Positions 38,330-50,625 of a DNA stretch of 64,000 nt are shown one piece after another (positions within the stretch are counted from its first letter, which is position 1; the number at the start of each line of letters is the position of its first letter). A program made the position numbers and the translations under genes. The notes under the pieces were generated by a model. That model was not told where the DNA came from. It ran no database searches and saw nothing but the letters and a program-made list of their open reading frames with translations. The stretch comes from the human T2T-CHM13v2.0 reference genome, Homo sapiens, in the NCBI RefSeq assembly GCF_009914755.1, contig NC_060930.1; one strand, 5' to 3'.

Positions 38330-38636
38330 TTGTTTTGGTTTTCGTTTTGGTTTGTTTGACAGGGTCGCACTCTCTCACTTAGGCTAGATTGCAGTGGTGT
38401 AATTGTGACTCAGTGCAGCCTTGACGTCCCGGAGTCAATTAAGCCTCCTGCCTCAGCCAGTAGCTGCGACCACAGGTGTGCATCACCATGCCTAGCTAAT
38501 TTTTAAAATTAACTTTTGTAGAGACAGGGTTCCACTATGTCACCCAGGCTGGTCCTGCACTCTTGGGCTAAAGCAATCATTCCACCTTAGCCTCCCAAAG
38601 TGCTAGGATTACAGGTGTGAGCCACCATGCCGAGCC
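38330..38636 (-). mobile_element. AluJ
   Basis: Diverged dimer with (GTTT)-type tail, flanked by tgtttgggg on both sides. Confidence 0.9.
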
Positions 38637-38682
38637 TGTTTGGGGTTTTTTTTGGATTTTTTGTTTTGTTTAGTTTGGTTCA

Positions 38683-38684
38683 GT

Positions 38685-38724
<40 letters not shown>
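38683..38724. repeat. (TG)n microsatellite
   Basis: Directly visible, one interruption. Confidence 0.95.
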
Positions 38725-38725
<1 letters not shown>

Positions 38726-39402
38726 TGTGAATTATCTTCATACAGTGAATCAGGGAATTTGGAGAAATTTGAGGGGATAGTTACCTATATCCGGCTTGTG
38801 AAATTTCTTATTTGAATTAAAGCCATATGTGGAAGCCTGAGGGTTCTGTTGGGCTCTTATACCATACATTTGGATTTTAAGAAAGTTTAGGTACTTTGTC
38901 TTAAATAACAATGTCAGGATAAATGAAAACAAAACTGTGAATCATTATTTTTTTGTTTTATGTCAATCTTTCTTCTTGTTAGCATAATGTGAAAAGTGCT
39001 AGAGGAATATCAAATGCCTGCTACCTCATTTGGAAATTCCCATGTGTAAATTTCAAGTTAACATTTTTTAAATGAATAAATACAAATAAACTCTGAAAGG
39101 TAATTTGTTTTTTAATTCTACTCTTGAATGTGTAAAGGTGTCCAAGTCACTGTTCATAATTGGATGACCTAAAAACACCTTTAAAAGTTATGTTAAAGAG
39201 TTAATGTATTTAGAAAGACACAGAATGTTTTTTCCTCTAGAAGCTGATATTCTCGAATATAGAAGTAAAATTAAAATTTCAGCAGAATGAAAATGTATTC
39301 TATTCCATGGAATTATTGAAATGTATTTTATCCTATGGAATAAAATACATTTGATGGAATACCGATGGGATTATTCCATCAATTCCACAGAATAAAAAAT
39401 GA

Positions 39403-39762
<360 letters not shown>

Positions 39763-41354
39763 CTACATTGCTATTAGTGATTAGATAGCAGTTGCAATTA
39801 TTCCATAGTCAATTCTATTCAAATATTTCAGAACACTTTCAAAATTGTTTAACTTAAATACATTCTTTTGACTATACCATTTTAAAATCAATATTGATCA
39901 AAAGCCCTATGTATAGTTATTTGACAAGCAACACGACAACCAAATAACTGTAGAGGATCTCACTTCGACCACCCAGGCATCAGTATCTCAGGACACCAGG
40001 CTTCATTTTTTAAATTAGTTTGCCATATATGTCTGAAATGTCTTCTTAGTTTACATGTTCTGTCCAGCCCCTATCAATGTTCCTTAGAAATTCTTAAAGA
40101 TTAGTAAGTGAATAGACACTCATCCCATCTCTGTAAGAATCACAGGCTCTGATAGACAGAAATGACTTCTTGTCTCTCTGTCTCTGTCTCTTCCTCTCTC
40201 TCTTTAATGAAGCAGCTGCCCACTAAACTTGATCCCATATGGTCCTGTTTGAGAAAAGAAGGGAAAAAATTAAAATCAGTTCTCACTAACTAAAGGAAAA
40301 TTATATGTAAACAATTGAAAGGTCTTTTCCTACTTATGGCTGACATCTCTACCAAGGTCTTAATTGCCTGCTGGGCCTAAAGGGTTATGTGTTTTTTTTT
40401 AAGCTACATGTGCTCCTGGCCAAGGACTCTCTGGGACATGCCGTGAGTGGTTTTAGATCACCAGTAACTCTTGCTATTTTAGTCTGTGTCAATACTTGAA
40501 GTTGTAATTAATTTGGATGATCCTAAAAATCATAATTATGACAATTCTGATATTTGATAAGAATAACTTACCTTCAGTTTTGGCAAGAAAATCATGCTGC
40601 ACTTAGCAAAAAGGCAAAAAAGTCTATGCAGTGACAATGAGTATCTCACGTAGAAGCAGACCACAGAAGCCTTGATAGGGCTTAAATTGTCCTTGTAAGT
40701 AATTTGTGGACTATTACGCACTTACTAGATTAACTGTGTTCTGCACTGTATTTTCTATCAGTAATAATGTATGTCGCATTTATTTTGTTTTTCTTCTTAA
40801 CTAAGAGTTCATTCGTGGACAATATTTGTAGACAAAGCCAATTTTTGCTTTCTTCTATGTATAAATGATATGTGCAGCCACAGAATACAATATTTCACTT
40901 TTGTTCTGGACTAAACCACAGTAATAAAAACAAACTAGAATCATTGTTAGATTTTTCTCTCTTGCTCCTGAGGTTTTTCCTCTTTTAATTCAGTTTTATT
41001 TGTAATGATTACATTTCTTAAAGGGTTTTCTGATTCTTCAAATTATAAAAAGAAAAATAATATATATACAAGAGGGGAGAGGTTTGAGGAAATAATAGTA
41101 AACATCTAAGATGTTGAAGTTGGGCTTCTTGTTTGGATTTACCAGATCATTCAAATTATGAACACTGAAAAGGGGGAAAAAAAGGCTTTTGCATGTGTAA
41201 AGAATGATCTCCGCAACACTGATAAACTTTTATAAGTCCTTTCTAAAAATTAATCAAGAATTATACTTTTAGTATGTGTCCATATTGGGGTGGCAGCAGG
41301 TTTTATAATAAATTGGTAGGAAAACATTTATTTAGATTCATTCGAGTTATAAGT

Positions 41355-41565
41355 GCATAATGAAAGGAAAGGAAATGTAATTTAGAGCCAGAAGTTCTAT
41401 GTTTAAACATTGACTGTAGTCTGTATCAGCAGTTTGATTTTTGATAAATTATTTTCTTTGAGCTTCAGGTTCTTAATCTATAAAGTGCAGGTAATAATAA
41501 TAACAATAATCAGCTCTACAGAGTTGTAATGGGAACCAAGTAAATGCAAGAATGTTAAAGTGTAT
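41355..41565 (+). mobile_element. MIR
   Basis: tctttgagcttcaggttcttaatctataaagtg...ctacagagttgt. Confidence 0.6.
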
Positions 41566-42914
41566 GTGTACATTTGTAAAAAATACTTAATAGAGGATTA
41601 ATATTCTACACTATAAAAATGGCTTCTTACTTAATGGAGTTAAAGGAGAAATAAATGACCATGTAAGTACAGAGGGGGAAAGTATAAACTAATTTGTTTT
41701 TGCTTCCTTTCTGTTTTTTTATTATTAATTTTTTCATACTTACTTTTAAAAAGTTGATAAGCAGGAAGACTACTTCATTGTGCCTTTAATAAGTAGATAC
41801 TAGTTGTGAAGAGGTAATGATGGCAGGATTTAAAGGACTGTGTTCTGTTTGCACCTATGGCTAACTCAGTGTGGCCAGGTTGAAGTCCCTTTACTGCTCC
41901 GTAAGTCTGGTTGTTTCAACTATGAAATAGGAGTAGTCGGCTTAGAAAAGCTGATAACCCACAGAGAGGGCCCCTGACTCTCCTGAACCACAGAGAGGCA
42001 TACTCTCCTCGGCCTGGGACCCGCCAGACCTCTTAGAGGTCAGGCTCCCAGTTGCTGGACACCTGAGCTGATCCTGGGTGCCCAGTGGCCCCAATTCACT
42101 TCCTCGGGGCTGTGGGACTTGGGAGAAAAGGAAAGTTACTTGCTGGCAGCCCTCTGGCATGACATATTTTCTCTACTACAGATGTTTCAGGCCCCATGGA
42201 TGACAGTACCCATTCTTCATATTTCACAGGGTGCCTTTTGTTACCCCTTGTGTATCCCCTTGATAAAACTTTTTAAATTAAAATTTGACATATTTTGGTG
42301 GCAACAATGTTATTCTAAAATATACTTTTGAATTAGTTTCTCCAGAATACTTCTCCAGAATACTCTCTAGAATATAAGCAGCCCTAGCTACAGGGGAGAG
42401 GTAGGGAGGAGACAAAAAAAAAAAAATGTTCTGGATTTAGTTGGCATTTTGGTTCTTACTTTCCAATACCTGTTACTTTTTTAAAATAGTTAATTTAGAT
42501 TTGTAAAATGAGTTGAGTATGGGTTGCACCTAATGATATTAGTTATGGTCTATTTTGGTTTTGTGGCATGTCCCATAGATATATGTCTTGAATATTCTTA
42601 AGTGAAAATTAAAAAGGGCATCCCATCGTTTGAAATATATCAGTGAATTTTTTCAACAATTTCCTTTTTTTAAGAGTACAATCCATACCCCTCAGTTCAA
42701 TTTTATTTTCTCTAAATGTTCCATTTTTCTTTCCTCCAAATTCTATTGCTTTGTGTGTTTTCTTTCAAGCATACCTACAATAAAGCCATCTGTTGTCCAA
42801 GGGGTCATTCCTCCATGAATCATGCTCTGTCAAAATTTTGAGGTTATAAATGTTCAGCTAATTGAGCAGTCTGACTAGCTGAATACTTGTAAGTGCTTTA
42901 TAATATCTTTCAAC

Positions 42915-43160
42915 ACTTCAAAACCCTGACCCACTTAAACTCCAGAGTCCTAGAGCAAACAGGACAAGTTATTCACATGAATTCTCACTCTGATAAAACT
43001 AAAAACATGTTCATGAAATTTCCTCAGAATTTGGAATAAAGTGAATGTAGCTCTACTTTTAAATATTTATTTTTGAGCTGTGTCTACATTATGCCAAAGC
43101 AAGTGGTTCGGAAGTAAAAAAAACCTTAGCCAGTTGGCCAATTATTTTGACCACCCTGTA
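42915..43160 (+). mobile_element. Possible ancient Tc1/mariner-superfamily 3' end (transposase C-terminus, TIR and TA)
   Basis: Ends ttttgaccaccctg|ta. Upstream degenerate translation QDKLFT*ILTLIKLKTCS*NFLRIWNKVNVALLLNIYF / ELCLHYAKASGSEVKK. Confidence 0.4.
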
Positions 43161-43256
43161 TTAAAGAATTAAAGAGCTAAATTAACTTGCTTTCCCCCTT
43201 GCCAACTTGATTGGGTGTTTTGGCATCATGGATACTTTTAGTTTCGAAGAAAAAAG

Positions 43257-43350
43257 TCTCCTCTCTCTCTCTGTCTCTCCTCTCTCTCTCTCGCTCTTTC
43301 CCCCCCTCTCTCCCTGTTTCCCCTGCCTCTTTCCCCTTCCAATTACTTTC
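43257..43350. repeat. CT-rich polypyrimidine low-complexity tract
   Basis: Directly visible. Confidence 0.85.
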
Positions 43351-44283
43351 TTTTTCTTTGTGAGTCTTCACAGAGATGAGACACTGGAAATGAATGCACA
43401 AATGCATAAACACTTATACAACTTACATGACAGCTCAAGCCACCCATCCCATGTAATTCTTAAGATTTCTGTGCGTTCCTAGGGGACTTATATTCCTGTG
43501 GTCTCTTCTAGCTTCAGGTTTCACATTTCACAGGATTCCAAGTCTTATTCCTGTATCAGTTTCATTCTCTCTGCCCTGCATGAAATCAAGCATAGAACTC
43601 AGGCCTTTTCCTTCATTCCCTCAAAAAAGCAAATCTGCTCACAAAAAGTATTTTTCTTATAGCTGACTTTACTGAAAGTTGGGCGAGACTAAAGTAGTTT
43701 ACAGAACAGTAACACAATTTTCAATATTGGATATTTCTAGACTTAAAGGTATGTTGGTGCCCACATCACATGGACTAGACTTCCTCTTATCCTTTATAAG
43801 AGAATCTAACTTTCTTTCATGGAATCCAAACTCAGCTCTGCATTGCCAAGGCACATTTAAAGCCTCACTAAGTGCATTTCTAAATATCTACTTCAGGACT
43901 TCCCAGTTGTCTGTCTTTTGCCAGTCTCTTCAAGGGGTGTAAAAAAATTTTACTGCACTCTTGAGAAATATCTGTGCTTCAGCACACACACGTGCACATA
44001 CACCACTGTCTCCACACTCACACCCCATAGAAAGTGGAAGTATTGATAGTCAGTTTAGTCAGTTTGGGTTTTAAGCAAAAATGTCTCTTGAATACACTTA
44101 TATTAAATATTTAAAAGTTTATAGTTATTATAAATGGATAGTATCTTAGTGGACACTTTTGACTTACCCTCCAGGCTGGCCCTGGCTTATACCTCTGTCT
44201 TAATCCCATATCATGCCACATTAGCCTTTCTGTTCCTTGAAGGGCAAGCTCATTCCCATCGTGTAAACTTTGAACCTTCCTAT

Positions 44284-44977
44284 TGTGTCCACAGTTGGTT
44301 CCTTCCAGTGGGTTTGTGGTCTTGCTGACTTCAAGAATGAAGCCGCAGTCCTTCACGGTGAGTGTTACAGCCCTTAAAGATAGCATGGACCCAAAGAGTG
44401 AGCTGTAGCAAGGTTTATTGTGAAGAGCAAAAGAACAAAGCTTCCACAGTGTGGAAGGGGACCAGAGCGGGTTGCCACTGCAGGCTGGAGTGGCCACTGC
44501 TGGCTGGGGTGCCCAGCTTTTATTCCCTTATTGGCCCCTCCCATGTTCTGTTTCTGTCCTATCAGAGTGTCCTTGTTTCAATCCTCCCTGTGATTGGCTA
44601 CTTTTAGAATCTTGCTGATTGGTGTGTTTTACAGAGCGCTGGTTGGTGCATTTTACAATCCTCTTGCTAGCTACAGAGCACTGATTGGTGCATTTTACAA
44701 TCCTAGCTGCAGAGTGCTGATTGGTGTGTTTTTACAGAGTGCTGATTGGTGCATTTTACAATCCTCTTGCTAGCTACAGAGTGCTGATTGGTGCATTTTT
44801 ACAGAGCACTGATTGGTACATTTTACAATCCCCTTGCTAGATACAGAGTGCTGATTGGTGCATTTTACAATCCTAGCTACAGAGTGCTGATTGGTGAGTT
44901 TTACAATCCTCTTGCTAGACAGTAAAGTTCTCCAAGTCCCCATTTGACCCAGGAAGTACAGCTAGCTTCACCTCTTA
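44284..44977 (-). mobile_element. LTR12-family (ERV9) solo LTR, 694 bp
   Basis: Minus strand begins taagaggtgaagc...ggggacttggagaacttt and ends ...ggacaca. Perfect 4-bp TSD ctat at 44280-44283 and 44978-44981. Confidence 0.92.
44519..44894 (-). promoter_or_regulatory. LTR12 U3: tandem CCAAT (NF-Y) array and AATAAA-type TATA box
   Basis: ATTGG on + at 44530, 44593, 44618, 44684, 44720, 44745, 44787, 44812, 44854 and 44890. tttatt at 44519-44524. Activity is not shown by sequence. Confidence 0.7.
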
Positions 44978-46900
44978 CTATCTCTGTGCATCTTAGCAGA
45001 CTGATGGGTTCTCATAATGTGTTCCTTAGCTTGAATTTCTCCTTGTTAGAGGTGGCTATCCAATCTACAGCAACATCTTCCCATCCCTCAGCCACTTCAC
45101 CCAATATTATCTATAAAAGTCAGTTTTATTTTTTTAAAAGGAATGATCACACTCTGAGATTATCTTTAACTTGTATTGAAATAGTACCAATTCTCTCTGC
45201 CAAAAGGACAGAGAATCCTTTTCTACATACTTCTGAATATCTCTAGAATCCAGAAGTGTGGGTGATACTCTGTAAGTGCTTAATATATTTTTAAAAATAA
45301 AAAAATTTCTATCGTTAAGAAACAAGTAAAATTCGCTAGATAACTTTAAACCAAAACACATTAAATCTAATATATTTTAAAGTACATGTCATATTATCTG
45401 TCCCATAATTGTTAATATTGATTGAATAATGATTATTATAATAGCCAGGACTTCCTGATGTTAACCTGATGATAAAGACCACCATTTACTACGTTCATAT
45501 TTAGAATGTAAATGTTCAGAAGAAATAGTATTAGCCTGGGAATTAAAACAGCCTAGTTAGAGATTAGCATCATGGAATCCTAACCCAATATTCTCATTTA
45601 ATGTTTATGTCAACTGCGACACAGAAAAGCTATCTTGCACAATATTAGTGGCAAATTCAAGTCTAGAATCAGGTTTCTTAAATCTCATATGACTAAACTC
45701 CTTCCTAAATTATGTCTTTAGTCCTAATCTAAAAGTAATCAGTTACTTCATGTTTTCATTTATGGAATAAGCAGGTGGAATTATATGATCTCACAGCATT
45801 TGCAGCTCAGTCATGCTCTTTCTCCCTTCTCCTTTGTTCATCAATTATTCCACAACTTTACTGGGAGCAGTCTCCTTAAATTCTCATTCATATTGTCAAG
45901 CTCCTGCTTGATGATACCTGGCGCTTTCAATGGCTTTAAATATCTCTTATTCAGGGGGCACTGGTGGCATCTGACAACACAACAGAACTCATAGCTACTC
46001 AATCCCTAAGTAGGTAAAAAGGGATGGTTGATCATGGGCATGCATCTCTTTGGAGTATTTCCTGAATATTGCAGAATAAGGCTTATCCAATCAAATATAA
46101 TGTAATAAGGTCAATTATAAGCAAACCAAAGTTAAAGTTATATTTAGTATAGACCAAAGTTAAAATTACAGCACTGTAGGATGACATTGTTAGGACTTTT
46201 TGGCAATCAATGTATTTGATTTAGAATCAAACTGCCTTGTTCATCATGGGGAAAAATTTTGTCCTGTGTGTTTCCCCTGTTATCAATCGGGTTTTCATTT
46301 TGCCTTCAAATGGAGCTGATTATCTGTAAACATATGTATAAGAATATCACAGACTAGAAAGAAATCATATTCACTGGTTTAAAAGCCCTTGGCTGAATCA
46401 GATTTAGTCTGATAATGTAGTATCTCACAAAAAGTTACAAAAACCACCAGGTTAATTCAGTTCTCTATAGAATAGGGAAAACATTTTTTAAGAAAGAAAT
46501 TGCATATAAGTAAATCTTCTAAACTATTATCTAAATTCAGAAACTTTAACTTTTCTATGGTTTGGAATTTCTAAATACACTAAGAAATTAAAAAAATATA
46601 TATATGTGCTGTGTTCATACCTAAAGAGGACTTTCCTAACACGGGTTACACAAGTGTGAGGAAAAAAGATAATAACTTATCTTATACACTGAGATAATTC
46701 TCTGCCTTTTACTTAGAATGGTTTTTTTGCAGATCTTAGAACATTTGACTAAATCAGTCTTGGCCTAACCACTGGCAAACCATAAAGAGCTATAGACAAG
46801 AAGAAATAGAATGGGATAAAATAATGGGACAAAAACTATGAAGTGTATTTCAGAGAAAAATAGAACAATTGAAATTTACTGTGTTTATATTATACAGTAA

Positions 46901-47079
46901 TCAGTATTATCAAGGATCTATGGACTCTCTGAAAATATTCATGGGGGTCCATGAACTCTCAGAATTTCAATGTAAAATTGTGAGTTACATTTTTGGGGAG
47001 TCAAGAGACAATCTGTAGTTTTCATCATATTTGTGAAGGGAATCTGTGGCCCAAAAAAGGCTAAGAAGGACACACCACT
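46901..47079. mobile_element. MER103-like hAT element
   Basis: tcatgggggtccatgaactc...gttttcatcatatttgtgaaggg...tgtggcccaaaaaaggctaagaa...ccactg. Confidence 0.6.
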
Positions 47080-47709
47080 GGCTCAACAGAGTATTAGAGA
47101 ACGTGCATCATAACGAAAGAAGATGTTAATTAAATCGGAATCTCCCTTCTTCCCATTGTCAATTATATTTGACATTTTTCATTCCCATTTTATATCAAGC
47201 TTAGGGATAGCTGAAGTATATGAAGATAATTTAGTGAGTGAAGACTCAGGGAAGAGCTTTAAGTAAAAAGTGAGAACATAAGATGTATTAGAAAACAAGT
47301 TGTATTAGAAAAGATAAAAAAATATGGATCAGCTCAATGGCAAAGTAATAATGGTTTTACACACAAAAACTGTAATATAAGATATGAAGCAACTGTTATT
47401 TATTCCCCTTACATTTTGTTTTCATTAGTAACAACAGCTAATTTTTACTGAGAGGTTACTATCTGCTTTAGAAGTGCTCAGCATATTTCTTTTACAATTG
47501 AGTCTTTACAACAAACCAATGGAAGAAAAGGAGTTTTTTTCTCTCCATTTTTCGGAAGGAAACTACTAAGTTATCTTGTTGGATAAGGAAGGACATCCAA
47601 AAAGAGATGGCACTTATTTGAATTATCAAAGATCAATGTGTACATTTTTGGAATGATAATGGAGTTCAGGGTGTAAGGAAAGAAGAGCTGACAGAGAAGC
47701 AGGGTAAGA

Positions 47710-47920
47710 AGTATAACAGCAAAGTGAGAATTCAGGTAGATATAAAGAAACCTCTTGAGACAGTGTTGACTATAAGAAGAGACTGATGAGGAAGGCTTTG
47801 AAATTTTGTCTTCTAGAAGTTTTCACTAGAATAGGGTTATGTCGCATCAGATGAGACTCTACATGAAGGCTGAAGAATAGACAACATTTTTTTCCCCAAG
47901 CCTCTTCCAAGTTTGATTTT
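47710..47920 (+). mobile_element. L3/CR1-like 3' fragment
   Basis: gactgatgaggaaggctttgaaattttgtcttctagaagttttc...aagcctcttccaagtttgatt. Confidence 0.45.
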
Positions 47921-48199
47921 TCAAAAGCTAACTCTTAAGTACCCCTAAGCAAAATAAATATTCATAATTTATAAATAGGTCAATGGTAGACTTTCTTAAG
48001 AAGCCTCTTGACTGTTGTTTTATAAGAAGCTCTATCAATTTGAGAGCAAGGAGATATGGAGAGGAAATGTGTTGACTGGGAACACTCTAAGGGAAGGATA
48101 TGGTGACATGCCTGTCCCTCAAAAGAGCAATAACCACTTTGAAAATATGAAATGAGCCCATGGGTAGACCCAAACGTGTATTAAAAATATACTGCAAAG

Positions 48200-48745
48200 A
48201 ATCCAGCAATTCTATTTCTGGGTATATTCCCCAAAGACTTGAAAGCAGGGACTCAAACAAATACACTCATGTTCCTAAAAACATCATCACAATAGCCAAA
48301 AGGTGGAAGCAGTTCCACTGTCCATTGATGGTGGAATGGATGGATAAAATGTGGTGTATACAGACAATGGAATACAGCTCAGCCTTAGAAAGGAAGGATA
48401 TTCTGACACATGCTACAACGTGGATGAACCTTGAAGACATTACACTAAGTGTAAGAAGCCAGTCAAAAAGGACAAATTCTGTATGATTCTATTCATATAA
48501 GGTACATAAAGTAGTCAAATTCATAGAGACAGAAAGTGAAGTGGTGGTTGCCAGGGACCCGGAGGGGAAGGACATAATGGGGAGTTATCATTCAATTGGT
48601 ACAGAGTTTCAGTCTGGGCTGACAAAGTTCCAGAGATGGATGGTGAAGATGGTTGCAGAACCATGTCAATGTAGTTAATGCCACTAAACTATACACTTAA
48701 CTAATTAAGAGAGTAAATTTTATGTTACGCATATTTTATCACCAT
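48200..48745 (+). mobile_element. L1MB (MB2-4-like) ORF2 end and 3'UTR
   Basis: ORF 48160-48486 contains an ORF2p C-terminal-like stretch (TIAKRWKQ..CP..EWMDKMWCIQTMEY...TWMNLEDITLS). 3'UTR gtagtcaaattcatagagacagaaagt. Confidence 0.88.
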
Positions 48746-48935
48746 ATATAGTGAAATAAAGTATACATTTGTATATATAATAAATATAATATGTATATTA
48801 TGATAAATATAAAGTATATTTTATATTTATATATTAATATATTTATATCTAAATATATACATAAATATATAATAAATATCAGATTAATATCATTAAAACA
48901 TTATGTTTATAACATACACAAAATATATAACATAT
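48746..48935. repeat. AT-rich low-complexity tract (decayed L1 tail)
   Basis: Directly visible. Confidence 0.8.
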
Positions 48936-50510
48936 TTGGAAAAGAGAACAGAAGTTAAGTAAATTTATTTGATATTTTTACTCTTCAGCTAGGGTAGATT
49001 TCTAGTCCTAGGCTTCAAATACAGATATGCAATTGAATTTCAGCCTGAAGAAGACAGGGTTAAAAATTATACATTTATAAAACATAGTAATTAATAGATT
49101 TACCTGTGTTTGATGAACATAAAATTTTTGCCTTAAATTCCTATATGTTATATAGCTTCATTTAAATATAGTTAAAATATTATATGAATAGTATCATATA
49201 TCTCTTGTTATTTATTGAGCATAGTGAACTTAGAATTTTATTATCCAGATTGAAAATGTTGTTTGACATGGTTGATGACTAGCGGCTTATGTGGTAGGAA
49301 AATATTTTACCAGGAACTCTTGGCTAGTGGGGAGGCCAGTAAGATGTATTATCAACACTTTAAAATGGTGGTATAGTCACAGAGTGCACAGTCTAATAGA
49401 TGGCTAACAATTTGACAAATATCATTTTTTAAAAATTAAATGCACTGGAATGTCTCCCTATAATGTTTTCCAGAAATCTAGGATTTTTTTTTTCAGTGAT
49501 ATATGATCCTCTTTGGGCCCTTAGCCAGAACTTTAAAAAATGAACATTAGCTGCAGGAAAATGTTAAACGAAGGCATATTGTGATGAATTTCACTGTCTA
49601 GTATTTATTTTAAAGGGTTTAACCTAATATACAATACAGTAAAACTTTGCTTTCTCATACATAATGTATTAAAAAATTTAGTCCCTTAGAAAACATTACC
49701 AATGAGTTACACTGAATAACAAATCCATATATACTTAGAGCTAGGATTTTGTCAGTACAGTTTATTTTTTCATAGCTGTTCTGAATGGATATTTTAAACT
49801 TAAATGGGTTTCATTTCTCCTCAAATAAAGCATCTTTAGAGAAGAAATTTTTAGGGAACAGATGAAATTTCATTACCACACATGTGGTTACACCTTGTCA
49901 GAATTTAGGTCCTAAATTTCACTGTGATATTGATATTTGCACACATTTAAAGTGACATTATTTGGCAAAAGAACAAATACCTAGTTTGAGTTAGTGGTGC
50001 ACATGGTGGTAACTAACCACGAACTACAAGGTTAAAACAATTTTTCAAATCACCTGTTAATGTGATAAGACCAGGCTCAGGTTTTCCCTACCCTCATTTT
50101 CAACTGGCCCTTTTGTTCAGCCAATAGGTGAATAAAAGTTTGCAATTGACAGATGTATTCTTTACTCAAATGGAAAGGACACAAGGGTAAAATATTAATG
50201 GAAATGGTTGACTGGCACCTTTGTGGACATTAATCCCTTATTTTAAAATTGAGTAGTGCTTCTAGTATAACTGTACTTAGTTTGACTCCAAATCAAGGAT
50301 TCCATTTAGATGAATAAACTAACTGGATTGATCTTGTAAAAATCTATTTCTGGAAGAATTCTGTTCTATAGAATAATTTATCGAGTAGAAAGTGATGTTG
50401 GAATATCTCTCCATTTTGCCTATTACTTCTCTCTCAGCCCATCACTTCACATAAATGGAACATGCCAAGCTAAACAAATTCTACCAAATGCTTAGACTTA
50501 CCCCTCCTTC

Positions 50511-50625
50511 TTTTTTTTTTTATTATACTTCAAGTTTTAGGGTACATGTGCACATTGTGCAGGTTAGTTACATATGTATACATGTGCCATGCTGGTGCAC
50601 TGCACCCACTAACTGGTCATCTAGC
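50511..50625 (-). mobile_element. L1PA2-type extreme 3' end (115 bp)
   Basis: Minus strand reads gctagatgaccagttagtgggtgcagtgcaccagcatggcacatgtatacatatgtaactaacctgcacaatgtgcacatgtaccctaaaacttgaagtataat(A)11. Confidence 0.9.

Noticed and set aside
44590-44915. Regularly spaced repeats that look superficially CRISPR-like
   Set aside because: Intervening sequences are themselves repeated. This is the LTR12 U3 tandem array in eukaryotic DNA, with no cas genes.
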